The notes below the pieces were generated by a model. It had not been told where the DNA came from. It saw only the letters and a program-made list of their open reading frames with translations, and ran no database searches. DNA of 64,000 nt from assembly GCA_025061115.1 (NCBI GenBank), contig JANZKC010000001.1, positions 779,366-843,365 on the forward strand, in the 5' to 3' direction. Source of the DNA: Candidatus Culexmicrobium cathedralense. GTDB lineage: Archaea; Thermoproteota; Methanomethylicia; Culexarchaeales; Culexmicrobiaceae. This document shows positions 40,200 to 49,806 of the stretch, piece by piece. The first letter of the stretch is position 1. Each line of letters begins with the position of its first letter. Both the position numbers and the translations under genes were made by a program.

Positions 40200-40598
40200 G
40201 TGAGCATGACAGTGGAATTCCTCTCACAAATATTCATAAAATTGAAGAAGGAGAAGCGTCTTACTGATGAAGTAGCTTCAAAACTTTTGGAGAAGTATGG
40301 GGAGAAATTTCTGAGGGCGCTGGACCTGGTTAGCGCCAAGAAAGTGAGGAAGTGCGTGTTCCGTCCAAGTGGAATTGAACGATGGGTAGTTGTCGGAATG
40401 CATGGGCAATATCTCGTAATTCCAAGAAGCTTTTGTCAATGTGATGATTTTTACCTTTCAGTTGTAATACGTAAAAGCAAAGATACATGCTATCATCTGA
40501 TTGCGCAGACAATTGCAGAAGCGCTGAGAAATTACGAAGAAGAAGTATTAGATGATTCTGAATATGCAGACTTTATGAGAAAGTTTCATGAAATTTAA
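40200..40598 (+). CDS. SWIM zinc-finger protein
   Basis: FCQCDDF...CYH. Confidence 0.85.
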   Translation: MSMTVEFLSQIFIKLKKEKRLTDEVASKLLEKYGEKFLRALDLVSAKKVRKCVFRPSGIERWVVVGMHGQYLVIPRSFCQCDDFYLSVVIRKSKDTCYHLIAQTIAEALRNYEEEVLDDSEYADFMRKFHEI

Positions 40599-41317
40599 GT
40601 TTGGTTCCTTCTCTTAACTTCACCTCTAACTTCAACTCGTTCTACTTTTCCGTCTCTTAACCAAACAATTCTGTCGCTAACTTCGATAATTTTATAGTCA
40701 TGTGTTGCACAGAAAATGGTTACGCCACTTTCCTCATTCAATTTTTTAAGAAGTTTTATTATTTCTAGTCCTGTGTTTAAATCTAAGTTTCCAGTGGGCT
40801 CGTCGGCAAGTATGATTGATGGATCGTTAGCTAAAGCTCTGGCTATGGCTACTCTTTGTTGCTGGCCTCCAGACAGCTCTGCAGGCTTATGATGAAGACG
40901 ATCACCCAGTCCAACCTTCTCGAGTAGTTTCGCTGCTTTCTTTAATCTTTCATCTCTTGGCTTTCCGGCAAAGATCATGGGTAGCATAACGTTTTCAAGG
41001 GCAGTTAATACTGGTATTAAGTTGAAGGTTTGGAAGATATACCCTATTTTTCTGCACCGTAGCCAAGCCAGCTCGTACGCATCTAACTTTGAGATATCTA
41101 TGTTGTCGATGAAAACTTTGCCTCGGGTTGGCTTGTCGAGTCCGCCAATCATATTAAATAGCGTGGTTTTCCCAGAGCCGGATGGCCCCATAATTGATAA
41201 ATATTCTCCTCTATAAACCTTCAAGTTTACTCCATCAAGAGCTTTAATTACATATCCTCCTAGTGTATAGTGTTTCGCTAGATCTATGGTTTCAACAGCG
41301 TACTCGTAAGCCAACAT
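40595..41317 (-). CDS. ABC transporter ATP-binding protein (LolD/MacB-like)
   Basis: GPSGSGKT, LSGGQQQR, ADEPTGNLD. Confidence 0.93.
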   Translation of the reverse strand: MLAYEYAVETIDLAKHYTLGGYVIKALDGVNLKVYRGEYLSIMGPSGSGKTTLFNMIGGLDKPTRGKVFIDNIDISKLDAYELAWLRCRKIGYIFQTFNLIPVLTALENVMLPMIFAGKPRDERLKKAAKLLEKVGLGDRLHHKPAELSGGQQQRVAIARALANDPSIILADEPTGNLDLNTGLEIIKLLKKLNEESGVTIFCATHDYKIIEVSDRIVWLRDGKVERVEVRGEVKRRNQT

Positions 41318-41932
41318 CTACACCTCGAATCTTAGAGCTTCTACGGGATTTATTTTTGTTGCGTAATACGCTGGATATGCAGTGGCTACCAAACTTATTA
41401 TTACCGAAATAACTATTGACAGCGTCATGGTTGATAAGTAAGTTTGAATAGTTGGTAGACGCCCTATTTGAATGTACATTAAAGGCGCAGTTATGATGGC
41501 TGAGGATAGGAATCCAGCTAGGCCGCCTAAAATCCCAATAATTAATGATTCGAATATGAACAGCTGGAGAATTAGTGCATTTTTAGCCCCTAAGCACTTC
41601 ATCGTCCCTATTTCCTTATACCTTTCAGCTACGGATATGAGCATGGAATTGAATATAGTGATGACACATACAATTATCGAAATCAAAGATACCCATAATT
41701 GGTAATCACTTAAGTTAATTGGAATGAAACCAGAAACAGCTGATGATGCCAGCGCAAAACTCATGATATTCATGGAGGACACCAAAGCAACGCTTAACAA
41801 TATGGTTAATGCTGTCAAAGAAACTCGCGACTTTCTCTTCTTCATTCCCTCAAGCACAATGTGGAGCAAGTCCTTAATGCTCACCCTGGCGAAAACTTTT
41901 TGCATTGGAGTCACCACTAGTTTTTTCTGCAC
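41318..41932 (-). CDS. FtsX-like ABC permease (short)
   Basis: SVAERYKEIGTMKCLGA, YPAY.A....PVEALR. Confidence 0.88.
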   Translation of the reverse strand: MQKKLVVTPMQKVFARVSIKDLLHIVLEGMKKRKSRVSLTALTILLSVALVSSMNIMSFALASSAVSGFIPINLSDYQLWVSLISIIVCVITIFNSMLISVAERYKEIGTMKCLGAKNALILQLFIFESLIIGILGGLAGFLSSAIITAPLMYIQIGRLPTIQTYLSTMTLSIVISVIISLVATAYPAYYATKINPVEALRFEV

Positions 41933-42067
41933 AAAAGTTTTTAAAGAAAACGGCGGTGTGATTTATGAACTTCGATGCGCTCTTTAACGTGCTGATTGCC
42001 CTTTCCATTTTAGCTTCACTTTTGGGGGTAATTTACGTAGTGGTCTCGGAAAAGGGAAGGCGAGAAA

Positions 42068-42325
42068 TTGGATAATGACACAATAGATATTGTTGAAAGG
42101 GCTTTTGAAGATGCAGCGCCATACCTTTCAAATTCAAGTTATTTAAGAAAGCGAATTGGAGAAATAGTTTCTAAAGTTAGAAAAATCGATGAGTTGCTCA
42201 AAGCTATTGAGGAGGCATGCTTTGAGGAAAAGGAAACTCAAATAAGAACGGATTTTAGAATATTCCTTAATGCTTTAAGGAGAGAATTGCAAAAAATGGG
42301 GGCAGCCTATGGGTCGAAAATATAG
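42068..42325 (+). CDS. Hypothetical protein
   Basis: 85-aa ORF overlapping the elf1 start; helical. Confidence 0.6.
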   Translation: MDNDTIDIVERAFEDAAPYLSNSSYLRKRIGEIVSKVRKIDELLKAIEEACFEEKETQIRTDFRIFLNALRRELQKMGAAYGSKI

Positions 42326-42569
42326 GAAGAAAATACCGTTGAGACCACCTAAAAGAATACCATCGGTTTTTCAATGCCCGAGGTGTGGGAAAAAAGCCGT
42401 CAGAGTTGAAATAAATAAGGATTCCGGAAAAGCCACAGTATCATGTGGAAGCTGCAAAATTCGCGCTGAAATAGAGTTACCGCCAATATGCGGTGCAGTT
42501 GACGCTTACGGTAAGTTTGTAGATCTATACTACAACGGGAAACTAGAGGAGGAAAAGGAGATTGAATAG
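42309..42569 (+). CDS. elf1: Transcription elongation factor Elf1
   Basis: MGRK.RK, FQCPRC, C.SC, VDAY..F.D. Confidence 0.9.
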   Translation: MGRKYRKKIPLRPPKRIPSVFQCPRCGKKAVRVEINKDSGKATVSCGSCKIRAEIELPPICGAVDAYGKFVDLYYNGKLEEEKEIE

Positions 42570-43347
42570 GTTAACTGTTGGTAAGGTAGAGAGATATATG
42601 AGAGAGAGGCTTGCAAGTGAGGGCGCAGTACACATTACACTAATAGATCCTGACAAAAGCAGGATTGATGCAAAACGTCTTGCCAAGGAAGCTGAGGAAG
42701 GAGGGACATCTGCAATTATGGTTGGCGGATCAATAGGAATCTCTGAAAAATTACTAGATGAAACAGTACTTTCAATAAAGGAGGCGGTAAACATCCCTGT
42801 AATCTTATTCCCGGGAAATGTAACTGGGATAAGTAGACATGCTGATGCAATATGGTTTATGTCGCTGTTAAACTCAGCCAACACCTACTACTTAATTGAT
42901 GCTCAAGCTTTAGGTGCAGTAATAGTTAGGCGTTACGGGCTTGAAGCCATTCCGATGGGTTACTTAATTGTTGGCGAAGGAGGAGCTGCAGGATATATCG
43001 GCCACGCTAGGGTTATACCGTATAACCGACCTGAAATTGCAGCAATATATGCACTTGCAGGAGAACTTCTAGGTATGCGATTCATATACTTAGAAGCAGG
43101 ATCAGGTGCTAAAACGCCAATACCACCAAAAATGATTGAATACGTTAAAAAGGCAATTTCCATACCGCTAATTGTCGGAGGAGGAATAAAAACCGAGGAG
43201 CAAGCCAAAAGAGCCGTTATAGCTGGTGCAGATGCTATCGTAACAGGGACAATAATCGAAACTGGAAACGTGAAAAAGAAAGTAAAAAGCATCGTCAAGG
43301 GAATCAAAGAGGCAGCTAAGGAAAGGCGTTTAAGCATTGTACTATAA
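42562..43347 (+). CDS. Geranylgeranylglyceryl phosphate synthase
   Basis: LIDPDK, MVGGS, LFPG, YLEAGSG, VGGGI. Confidence 0.93.
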   Translation: MNRLTVGKVERYMRERLASEGAVHITLIDPDKSRIDAKRLAKEAEEGGTSAIMVGGSIGISEKLLDETVLSIKEAVNIPVILFPGNVTGISRHADAIWFMSLLNSANTYYLIDAQALGAVIVRRYGLEAIPMGYLIVGEGGAAGYIGHARVIPYNRPEIAAIYALAGELLGMRFIYLEAGSGAKTPIPPKMIEYVKKAISIPLIVGGGIKTEEQAKRAVIAGADAIVTGTIIETGNVKKKVKSIVKGIKEAAKERRLSIVL

Positions 43348-43939
43348 AGCAGATAGCATAATAAAGGAAATATTAAGGAAAGTGCTGCACGCATTTAGTT
43401 TAACCATATGGCTTGTGTACATGGTATGCGGTTTTGAAATAACTTTACTTTACACTTTTGCTTGTTTAATCATTTCATTTATTCTTGAAGTAATTAGGCT
43501 TCGGAAGTACAAGTATTACCCCTTTAAGTTTATAACAGAGAAAGTTGCTCGAACTCCTGAGAAATACAGGTTTGCAGCTCATGTTCATTTCTTCGCTGGA
43601 GCCTCATTAATATTATATTTGTTAAAAGACGATTTAGGAATTATTTCAATTCTATGTTCAGCAGCATCAGATGCGGTAGCTGCGATCATTGGTAAGCTCA
43701 TAGGTAAGCACCCCAACCCATGGAATGAAAGTAAGACTTTAGAAGGTACATTTTCGGGCATGATCACGGCCTTTCTTGTAATAACACTTTTTACGGGAAA
43801 TGTTTACTATGGCATTTCGGGGGCGATTGTTTTTGGCATTATTGACTCATTGAAAGTCCATATAAATGATAATTTCATTTTGCCTCTCTCCTTTGGCTGC
43901 GCATTAAGAATTTTAGATATGATCAGCCATATAGTGTAA
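43337..43939 (+). CDS. SEC59/dolichol-phytol kinase-like membrane protein
   Basis: RKVLH, DAVAAIIG, KTLEG, DNF. Confidence 0.8.
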   Translation: MYYKADSIIKEILRKVLHAFSLTIWLVYMVCGFEITLLYTFACLIISFILEVIRLRKYKYYPFKFITEKVARTPEKYRFAAHVHFFAGASLILYLLKDDLGIISILCSAASDAVAAIIGKLIGKHPNPWNESKTLEGTFSGMITAFLVITLFTGNVYYGISGAIVFGIIDSLKVHINDNFILPLSFGCALRILDMISHIV

Positions 43940-43961
43940 TAGGCAGACTGGCGGGAGCGTA

Positions 43962-46900
43962 ATGCTAGAAATAAGCGATGAAATGCTAAAATACTTTAGA
44001 AACTTAGAGGAAGAGGTTAAGCGAATTTATGAAAAAGCTAAAAGAGCAAGAGAAAAATCATTTGATCCTTCACCTGAGCCAGAAATATTCTTAGCGAAAG
44101 ACCTTGCTGAACGAGTTGAGGGATTACTTAAATCGTATGGAATTACAGGAATTGCCGAGCGTATTAGAGAATTGAGTGCAAAATTCAAAAGAGAGATCGT
44201 GGCCCTAAAAATAGCTGAAGAAATAGTATATGGCAAGTTCGGAAAGTTTCCTGAAGAAGTTGCAGCGGAAGTTGCAATAAGGGCAGCTTTAGCAATTTTA
44301 ACTGAAGGCATTACTGCTGCGCCATTACAAGGAATTGAGAAAGTAAAAATAAAGCGCAATACTGATGGAAGCAAGTACCTATCAATATACTATGCGGGGC
44401 CCATAAGATCTGCAGGAGGAACTGAGCAAGCATTAACCGTCTTAGTGGGAGATTATGTAAGGCAATTACTTCACTTGGAGCGATACAAGCCAACAGACGA
44501 AGAAGTAAAGCGATTCATTGAGGAAATTAGGCTTTATGAAAGGCATGTTGGAAGATTTCAATACCATAATAGTGATGAGGAATTAGAAAGTGCTTTAAGG
44601 AGAATACCTGTTGAGATAACGGGCGTTGCAACCGCACCACTAGAAGTGAGCATTCATAGAGATCTACCCCGCATTGAAACCAATAGAATACGCGGAGGAG
44701 CATGCCGAGTAATCAATGACGGAGTCATAGGCAAAGCAGCAAAAATTAGGAAAATAGCGGAAGAGGTAGGGCTTGTAGGATGGGACTGGCTAAGAGAATT
44801 CATGAAGGAAGAGGGTGAAGAGCAAACCATAAAGCCAAGTGAAAAATACCTTGCAGATGTTGTCGCAGGAAGACCAATATTTTCGCATCCATCAAGGGTA
44901 GGAGGATTTAGGTTAAGATATGGTAGGAGTAGGAACACAGGGCTGGCAGCTTTAGGATTGCATCCTGCTACAATGGTTATTCTTGGCGGATTTCTAGCAA
45001 TTGGAACACAAGTTAGAACCGAGCGCCCGGGAAAAAGCGGAGTTATAATGCCAGTATCATCGATTGAAGGGCCAACAGTGCGGCTTGATGATGGAACCGT
45101 TGTAAAAATTGAAGACTTACTCCAGGCCGAAGAGCTGAGAGATCGCATCGACGAAATACTATTTTTAGGAGATGTACTTATTGGATTTGGAGAATTTCTA
45201 GAGAATAATCACCCATTACTTCCATCAGGCTATGTAGAAGAGTGGTGGGCTCAGGAAGTTCAAAAGGCTATAAATAAAAAGTTTGAAGGCAATATAGAAA
45301 AAGCTGCAAAGCAAGCAGGCATTCCTATAGAAAGACTTCGACAACTTCTATCAGCATGGTGGCAGGAAAAACCAAGGGCAAAAGAAGCATTAGCAATCTC
45401 AGAAGCTTTTGAAGTGCCTTTGCATCCTAAGTTCACTTATCATTGGAGCGAAGTAAGCGCAGGAGACGTTCAATTATTGAAGAAATGGATTGAAAAAGCT
45501 GTTAGGACACCTCAAGGAATCATCGGTCCAGCAGAAGGAGACATAAAGAGGATTTTAGAGCACTTAGGAGTACCTCATAAACTAGAAAGTAACAGCAAGA
45601 TAGTTTTAGATGAAGAACATGGGCTCATATTATTGAACTGCTTAGCAGGTGAAGATAAAAACATCATTAGTGCAGAGAACGGCCTTGAAGCAGTAAATAT
45701 GATCTCTAAGGTTAGAATAAGAAACAAAGCACCAACATACATCGGCCTGAGAATGGGTCGACCGGAAAAAGCAAAGGAAAGAAAAATGAAACCGCCAGTA
45801 CACGTGCTATTTCCAGTTGGACTTGAAGGAGGAAGCAGCCGAAACGTATTGGAAGCCTCAAGTAAAAAATATGCGAAAGTCAAGATTGCGGAGAGATTAT
45901 GCTTAAAGTGCAGAAAAAGAACATTTTATGTAAGATGCCCAAATTGTTTAACCGATACAATACCTATAAGGACATGTCCAAAGTGCGGAAGAGAAACCAC
46001 CACGACGAAGTGCCCAGTATGTAATCAGAAAACAATGCCATATAAGGAGAAAAGCATAGACATTTATAATGAATTAAAACGCGCATGCATTAATTTAGGA
46101 ATTCAAGCCCCGCCAAAACTAATTAAGGGAGTAAAAGGGCTAACAAACGTTGATAGAACCCCAGAGCCACTTGAAAAAGGAGTTCTTAGAGCAAGGCATG
46201 ACGTCTATGTATATAAGGATGGAACAATAAGATTCGACATCACAAACGCTCCACTAACTCATTTTAAACCTAAAGAAATAGGGGTAACTATTGAAAAACT
46301 GAAAGAACTAGGATATACGAGGGATTATTTAGGCAAACCATTAGTTCATGAAGATCAAATAGTTGAACTAAAAGTCCAGGACATAATAATACCAATAGAG
46401 GCAGCAAGTTACTTAATGAGGGTGGCCAGATTTATCGACGAATTGCTCGTTAAGTTCTACAAAGAGGAGCCTTATTATAATGTTAAAAGAAGAGAAGACC
46501 TAATAGGGCACATAGTAGTTGGAATTGCACCTCATACATCAGCAGGAGTAATTGGCAGGATCATAGGATTCACAAAAGCCAAGGTATGCTTTGCACATCC
46601 TTATTGGCATGCAGCTAAGCGCCGAAACTGCGATGGAGATGAAGACGCCATAATTTTAGGACTGGACGCTTTCCTCAATTTCTCAAAAAGCTATTTGCCC
46701 GAAAAGCGAGGCGGACTGATGGATACGCCGCTGGTAGTCATGGTCACTATAGATCCAAACGAAGTTGACGATGAAGTATTCAACATGGAGACCTGCAGTA
46801 TGCTGCCCATCGAATTCTATGAAGAAACACAAAATTATGCAGATCCCAAAGAAGTAGCTAAAAAAATTGAAAATGTAAGTGATAGGCTTGGCAAGAAAGA

Positions 46901-47414
46901 GCAGTATGAAGGATTAAAATACACTCACCCAACAACAGCTATTGATCTAGGGCCGAGGATTACAGTTTACAAAAAGTTAAAGACAATGTATGAAAAAGTT
47001 GAAGCGCAAATGAAAATTGCAGAGAAAATAAGAGCTGTGGATAAAAAAGACGTTGCTGAAAGAATACTTACACACCACTTTCTACCTGACTTGATTGGCA
47101 ATTTAAGAGCTTTCACAACGCAAAGTTTGCGTTGTGTAAAATGCAATGCCAAATATGAAAGGCCGCCGTTATCCGGAAAGTGTAGAAAATGTGGTGGTAA
47201 ACTAATCTTAACAGTGCACAGAAAAGGAATAGAAAAGTATCTAAGTTCAACTATGATGCTTATTCGAAAATACAATTTAGGTGAATACTATAGGCAAAGA
47301 ATAGAACTAATAGAAAAAGAACTTGAATTGTTATTTAGTGGAGAAAAGGATCGAAAGCAAACTAGCTTGCTTCAATTCTGGAGAAGTGAGCAGCATGCCA
47401 ATTCAAAAATATGA
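43962..47414 (+). CDS. polC: DNA polymerase D large subunit DP2
   Basis: AGPIRSAGGT, GFRLRYGR.R, RMGRPEK, HAAKRRNCDGDED, Zn fingers; no intein. Confidence 0.97.
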   Translation: MLEISDEMLKYFRNLEEEVKRIYEKAKRAREKSFDPSPEPEIFLAKDLAERVEGLLKSYGITGIAERIRELSAKFKREIVALKIAEEIVYGKFGKFPEEVAAEVAIRAALAILTEGITAAPLQGIEKVKIKRNTDGSKYLSIYYAGPIRSAGGTEQALTVLVGDYVRQLLHLERYKPTDEEVKRFIEEIRLYERHVGRFQYHNSDEELESALRRIPVEITGVATAPLEVSIHRDLPRIETNRIRGGACRVINDGVIGKAAKIRKIAEEVGLVGWDWLREFMKEEGEEQTIKPSEKYLADVVAGRPIFSHPSRVGGFRLRYGRSRNTGLAALGLHPATMVILGGFLAIGTQVRTERPGKSGVIMPVSSIEGPTVRLDDGTVVKIEDLLQAEELRDRIDEILFLGDVLIGFGEFLENNHPLLPSGYVEEWWAQEVQKAINKKFEGNIEKAAKQAGIPIERLRQLLSAWWQEKPRAKEALAISEAFEVPLHPKFTYHWSEVSAGDVQLLKKWIEKAVRTPQGIIGPAEGDIKRILEHLGVPHKLESNSKIVLDEEHGLILLNCLAGEDKNIISAENGLEAVNMISKVRIRNKAPTYIGLRMGRPEKAKERKMKPPVHVLFPVGLEGGSSRNVLEASSKKYAKVKIAERLCLKCRKRTFYVRCPNCLTDTIPIRTCPKCGRETTTTKCPVCNQKTMPYKEKSIDIYNELKRACINLGIQAPPKLIKGVKGLTNVDRTPEPLEKGVLRARHDVYVYKDGTIRFDITNAPLTHFKPKEIGVTIEKLKELGYTRDYLGKPLVHEDQIVELKVQDIIIPIEAASYLMRVARFIDELLVKFYKEEPYYNVKRREDLIGHIVVGIAPHTSAGVIGRIIGFTKAKVCFAHPYWHAAKRRNCDGDEDAIILGLDAFLNFSKSYLPEKRGGLMDTPLVVMVTIDPNEVDDEVFNMETCSMLPIEFYEETQNYADPKEVAKKIENVSDRLGKKEQYEGLKYTHPTTAIDLGPRITVYKKLKTMYEKVEAQMKIAEKIRAVDKKDVAERILTHHFLPDLIGNLRAFTTQSLRCVKCNAKYERPPLSGKCRKCGGKLILTVHRKGIEKYLSSTMMLIRKYNLGEYYRQRIELIEKELELLFSGEKDRKQTSLLQFWRSEQHANSKI

Positions 47415-47676
47415 AGCACTAGCCTTCTTGAGAAGTATAAAAAATGTTAGAAAGGGACTTCTAACTAGAAGTAAGATAATAAGGCTTTTGAAAACAAGGG
47501 CAGCGACAACAAAGGAGCTAGCTGGTAATGTTAAGTTGAGCTACAGCACGGTTAGGAGACATTTAAAAATGATGGAGAAAGAAGGCATCGTCATAAAGGT
47601 TTATCGTAAATGGAAGTTAACGGGCAAAGGACAGCAAGACCTGCTTAAGTATTTAACTAAAAAACCTGCTTATTGA
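47395..47676 (+). CDS. Winged-HTH (ArsR-like) protein
   Basis: IKNVRKG..TR.KI..LL, SYSTVRRHL..M..EG; ATG 47395. Confidence 0.75.
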   Translation: MPIQKYEALAFLRSIKNVRKGLLTRSKIIRLLKTRAATTKELAGNVKLSYSTVRRHLKMMEKEGIVIKVYRKWKLTGKGQQDLLKYLTKKPAY

Positions 47677-47678
47677 AA

Positions 47679-48518
47679 TTATTTGAAGAGTATCTGTAAT
47701 AGGTCTATATCCCTTATCATTCCAATTAAATTCCCCTTTGCGTCGAGAACTGGCAGTTGGTCAATATCATATCGGCGCATTTTTCTAGCACACAAACTTA
47801 CTGGGGTTTGCTCTACCGCGGTGATTACCCGTTTCACCATAACTTCTTCAACGGGTTTATCCGGAAGAGTTAGTTCGCGACTACTTATGTATAATATTGT
47901 AACTGTATCCCAGTCCCACTCCTGCCCCTCAGTAGCTGCCTTTGTGGCAGAAGTATGTTCCTTTAAAGTAATTTCGCATACTGAAATGATATCGGAATCA
48001 GAAATTATTCCAGTCAGCTTTCCCTTAGAATCAATTACTGGAAGAGCTTGAACTTTGGCTAGCCTCATTATAGTGTAAGCCGCTGGAAGAGGCGTTTTTT
48101 CCCAGACAGCAGTAATTTTCCTTGTTACAAAATCTTTAATCGGCTTGATTACGTTCATGTTAGCAATAGCTTTATAGACGATGTCAGCGACAGTAATTAC
48201 ACCTACAAGCTCATTATCACCTACGACAACTGGAAGCCGCCTTATATCTCGCTCCCATAATATGCGAGCCACTTCATTTATGGGAGTTTCCGGATTAACT
48301 GTAATAGGATCTCGAGTCATGAGAAGAGCAAGCTGCTCCTCCATAGGCTTTTTCATTAAATCAGTTCGCGTCACAATTCCTACAACACGTTTTGTGCCCT
48401 TCTTAACTACAGGTAAACCCATAACCTTATGCTTAGTCATTAGTCGCAGTACTTGCTCCCTGGTTCCTGGAACCTCCGCATAAATTACATTAGTGGTCAT
48501 TATGTCTTTCACTTTCAC
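47679..48518 (-). CDS. Four-CBS-domain protein
   Basis: Repeated VKD.M.../LPV/G.I..D CBS motifs. Confidence 0.9.
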   Translation of the reverse strand: MKVKDIMTTNVIYAEVPGTREQVLRLMTKHKVMGLPVVKKGTKRVVGIVTRTDLMKKPMEEQLALLMTRDPITVNPETPINEVARILWERDIRRLPVVVGDNELVGVITVADIVYKAIANMNVIKPIKDFVTRKITAVWEKTPLPAAYTIMRLAKVQALPVIDSKGKLTGIISDSDIISVCEITLKEHTSATKAATEGQEWDWDTVTILYISSRELTLPDKPVEEVMVKRVITAVEQTPVSLCARKMRRYDIDQLPVLDAKGNLIGMIRDIDLLQILFK

Positions 48519-48600
48519 GTAAAATACCCTCCGAAAAACTATGTAACCACAAAATTCAATGAATATCGTTTATGAAAGTTGTATTTATTTTTTCCCTAGC

Positions 48601-48903
48601 TTATTCTCTGTAAGGACAGGTGCAAGGAGAGTTTTTACAGCGGGGGCAAACGTTTTTGTACTTAGAGAAAGCCGCCTTTGCAAGGTCAACCCCGACGAGA
48701 TTCGCTAATGAGGACAGCCAGGCCAGGACATCTGCGAATTCACTCTCCATCAACTCATGGTCTCCATCTCTGATTGCTCTGGCAAGTTCTCCAACTTCCT
48801 CTACAAGCCACATAAAGGTTTTACCGACGCCTCTAGTGCTATCGCGGGTAAAGTAGAGGCGCCGCATCATGTCCTGAAACTCTCTCAGGCTCATTGCGCA
48901 CAC
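48601..48903 (-). CDS. MazG-like nucleotide pyrophosphohydrolase
   Basis: WLVEEVGELA, EFADVLAWL.SLAN, CP.C...PC.C. Confidence 0.88.
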   Translation of the reverse strand: MCAMSLREFQDMMRRLYFTRDSTRGVGKTFMWLVEEVGELARAIRDGDHELMESEFADVLAWLSSLANLVGVDLAKAAFSKYKNVCPRCKNSPCTCPYRE

Positions 48904-48968
48904 CTAAAATATAGCTGGCAAATAAGTTATTAATAGGTTTTAGCAAAACAAGAAGTGGTGGCTAAAGT

Positions 48969-49151
48969 ATGTCCAGAAGAAAGCGTAGAAGAGAGGGGGT
49001 CATGCCCGTAACAGGTGCAGGGTTGATACGCTTCTTTGAAGAGGAAGTAAGAGGAATCAAAGTTAGCCCTATTCACGTAATTATAATGGCTATAGCTTTA
49101 ATGGCATTTGCAATGCTAGGGAACCTAGGGTTCTTGCAATTTCTTAGATAA
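48969..49151 (+). CDS. secG: Preprotein translocase subunit Sec61beta/SecG
   Basis: GAGLIRFFEEE..GIK.SP plus one TM helix. Confidence 0.9.
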   Translation: MSRRKRRREGVMPVTGAGLIRFFEEEVRGIKVSPIHVIIMAIALMAFAMLGNLGFLQFLR

Positions 49152-49742
49152 TTGCAGTATTATTGAGGAGCCAAACTTCAGCCTTTTCAGATCCTCATCC
49201 GATAACTTTTCAATAATAATCTCCTGCCCATCATATGAAGGAGTTATCATACTTATGCCCAAAGGATCTTCAAGTATTAACGTAAAGGGCAGCTTGCCTT
49301 GACTTGCCAGCTTCAATTTATTGAGAACATCAATACATTTCCGCTTCTCATGCTCACTGTCAGAGAGTACGAGAAAACTTTTAGTAGCATCTTTAATTCG
49401 TTCAAGTACCCCCTCAACATTAGTGATAAAGCCCTGTGCAATTGAGCCTGGCTCAATTGTGGCTCCGAGCTCTGGAATGCGTATGGTTCCGCTGCTTGAG
49501 CGTATAACTTTAGCGTATAAGTCCTCTGGCCCTTTAACTTTGAGTATGTATCTTAAAGGCTCTCGAAATTCAAGAGAAAAAACGTCAGTATGCCTATAGC
49601 CGCAGTTAGAACACTTCCAGGAAGCCATGATCATCTTACCAAAAAATGGAATTTCACTATGGGCTTCAATAAATTCAAGGGATAGCTTACCACATACAGG
49701 GCAATGTAATACTTTAAGCCACTCCGGTAGCGCTTCTGACAA
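49125..49742 (-). CDS. ZPR1-related zinc-finger protein
   Basis: CPVC, IPFFG, C..CGYR, IPELG..IEPG, ITNVEG, DPLG.S. Confidence 0.92.
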   Translation of the reverse strand: MSEALPEWLKVLHCPVCGKLSLEFIEAHSEIPFFGKMIMASWKCSNCGYRHTDVFSLEFREPLRYILKVKGPEDLYAKVIRSSSGTIRIPELGATIEPGSIAQGFITNVEGVLERIKDATKSFLVLSDSEHEKRKCIDVLNKLKLASQGKLPFTLILEDPLGISMITPSYDGQEIIIEKLSDEDLKRLKFGSSIILQLSKKLQEP

Positions 49743-49806
49743 TTTAAAGACACCAGAATATAGTTAAGGAAGCTCACTTAAAAGAAATTCTAAAGTTGGG
49801 GGAAAC

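Noticed and set aside
33025-47414. Inteins in AtpA or DP2 (also checked PolB)
   Set aside because: Lengths are normal, motifs are contiguous, and no intein termini are seen
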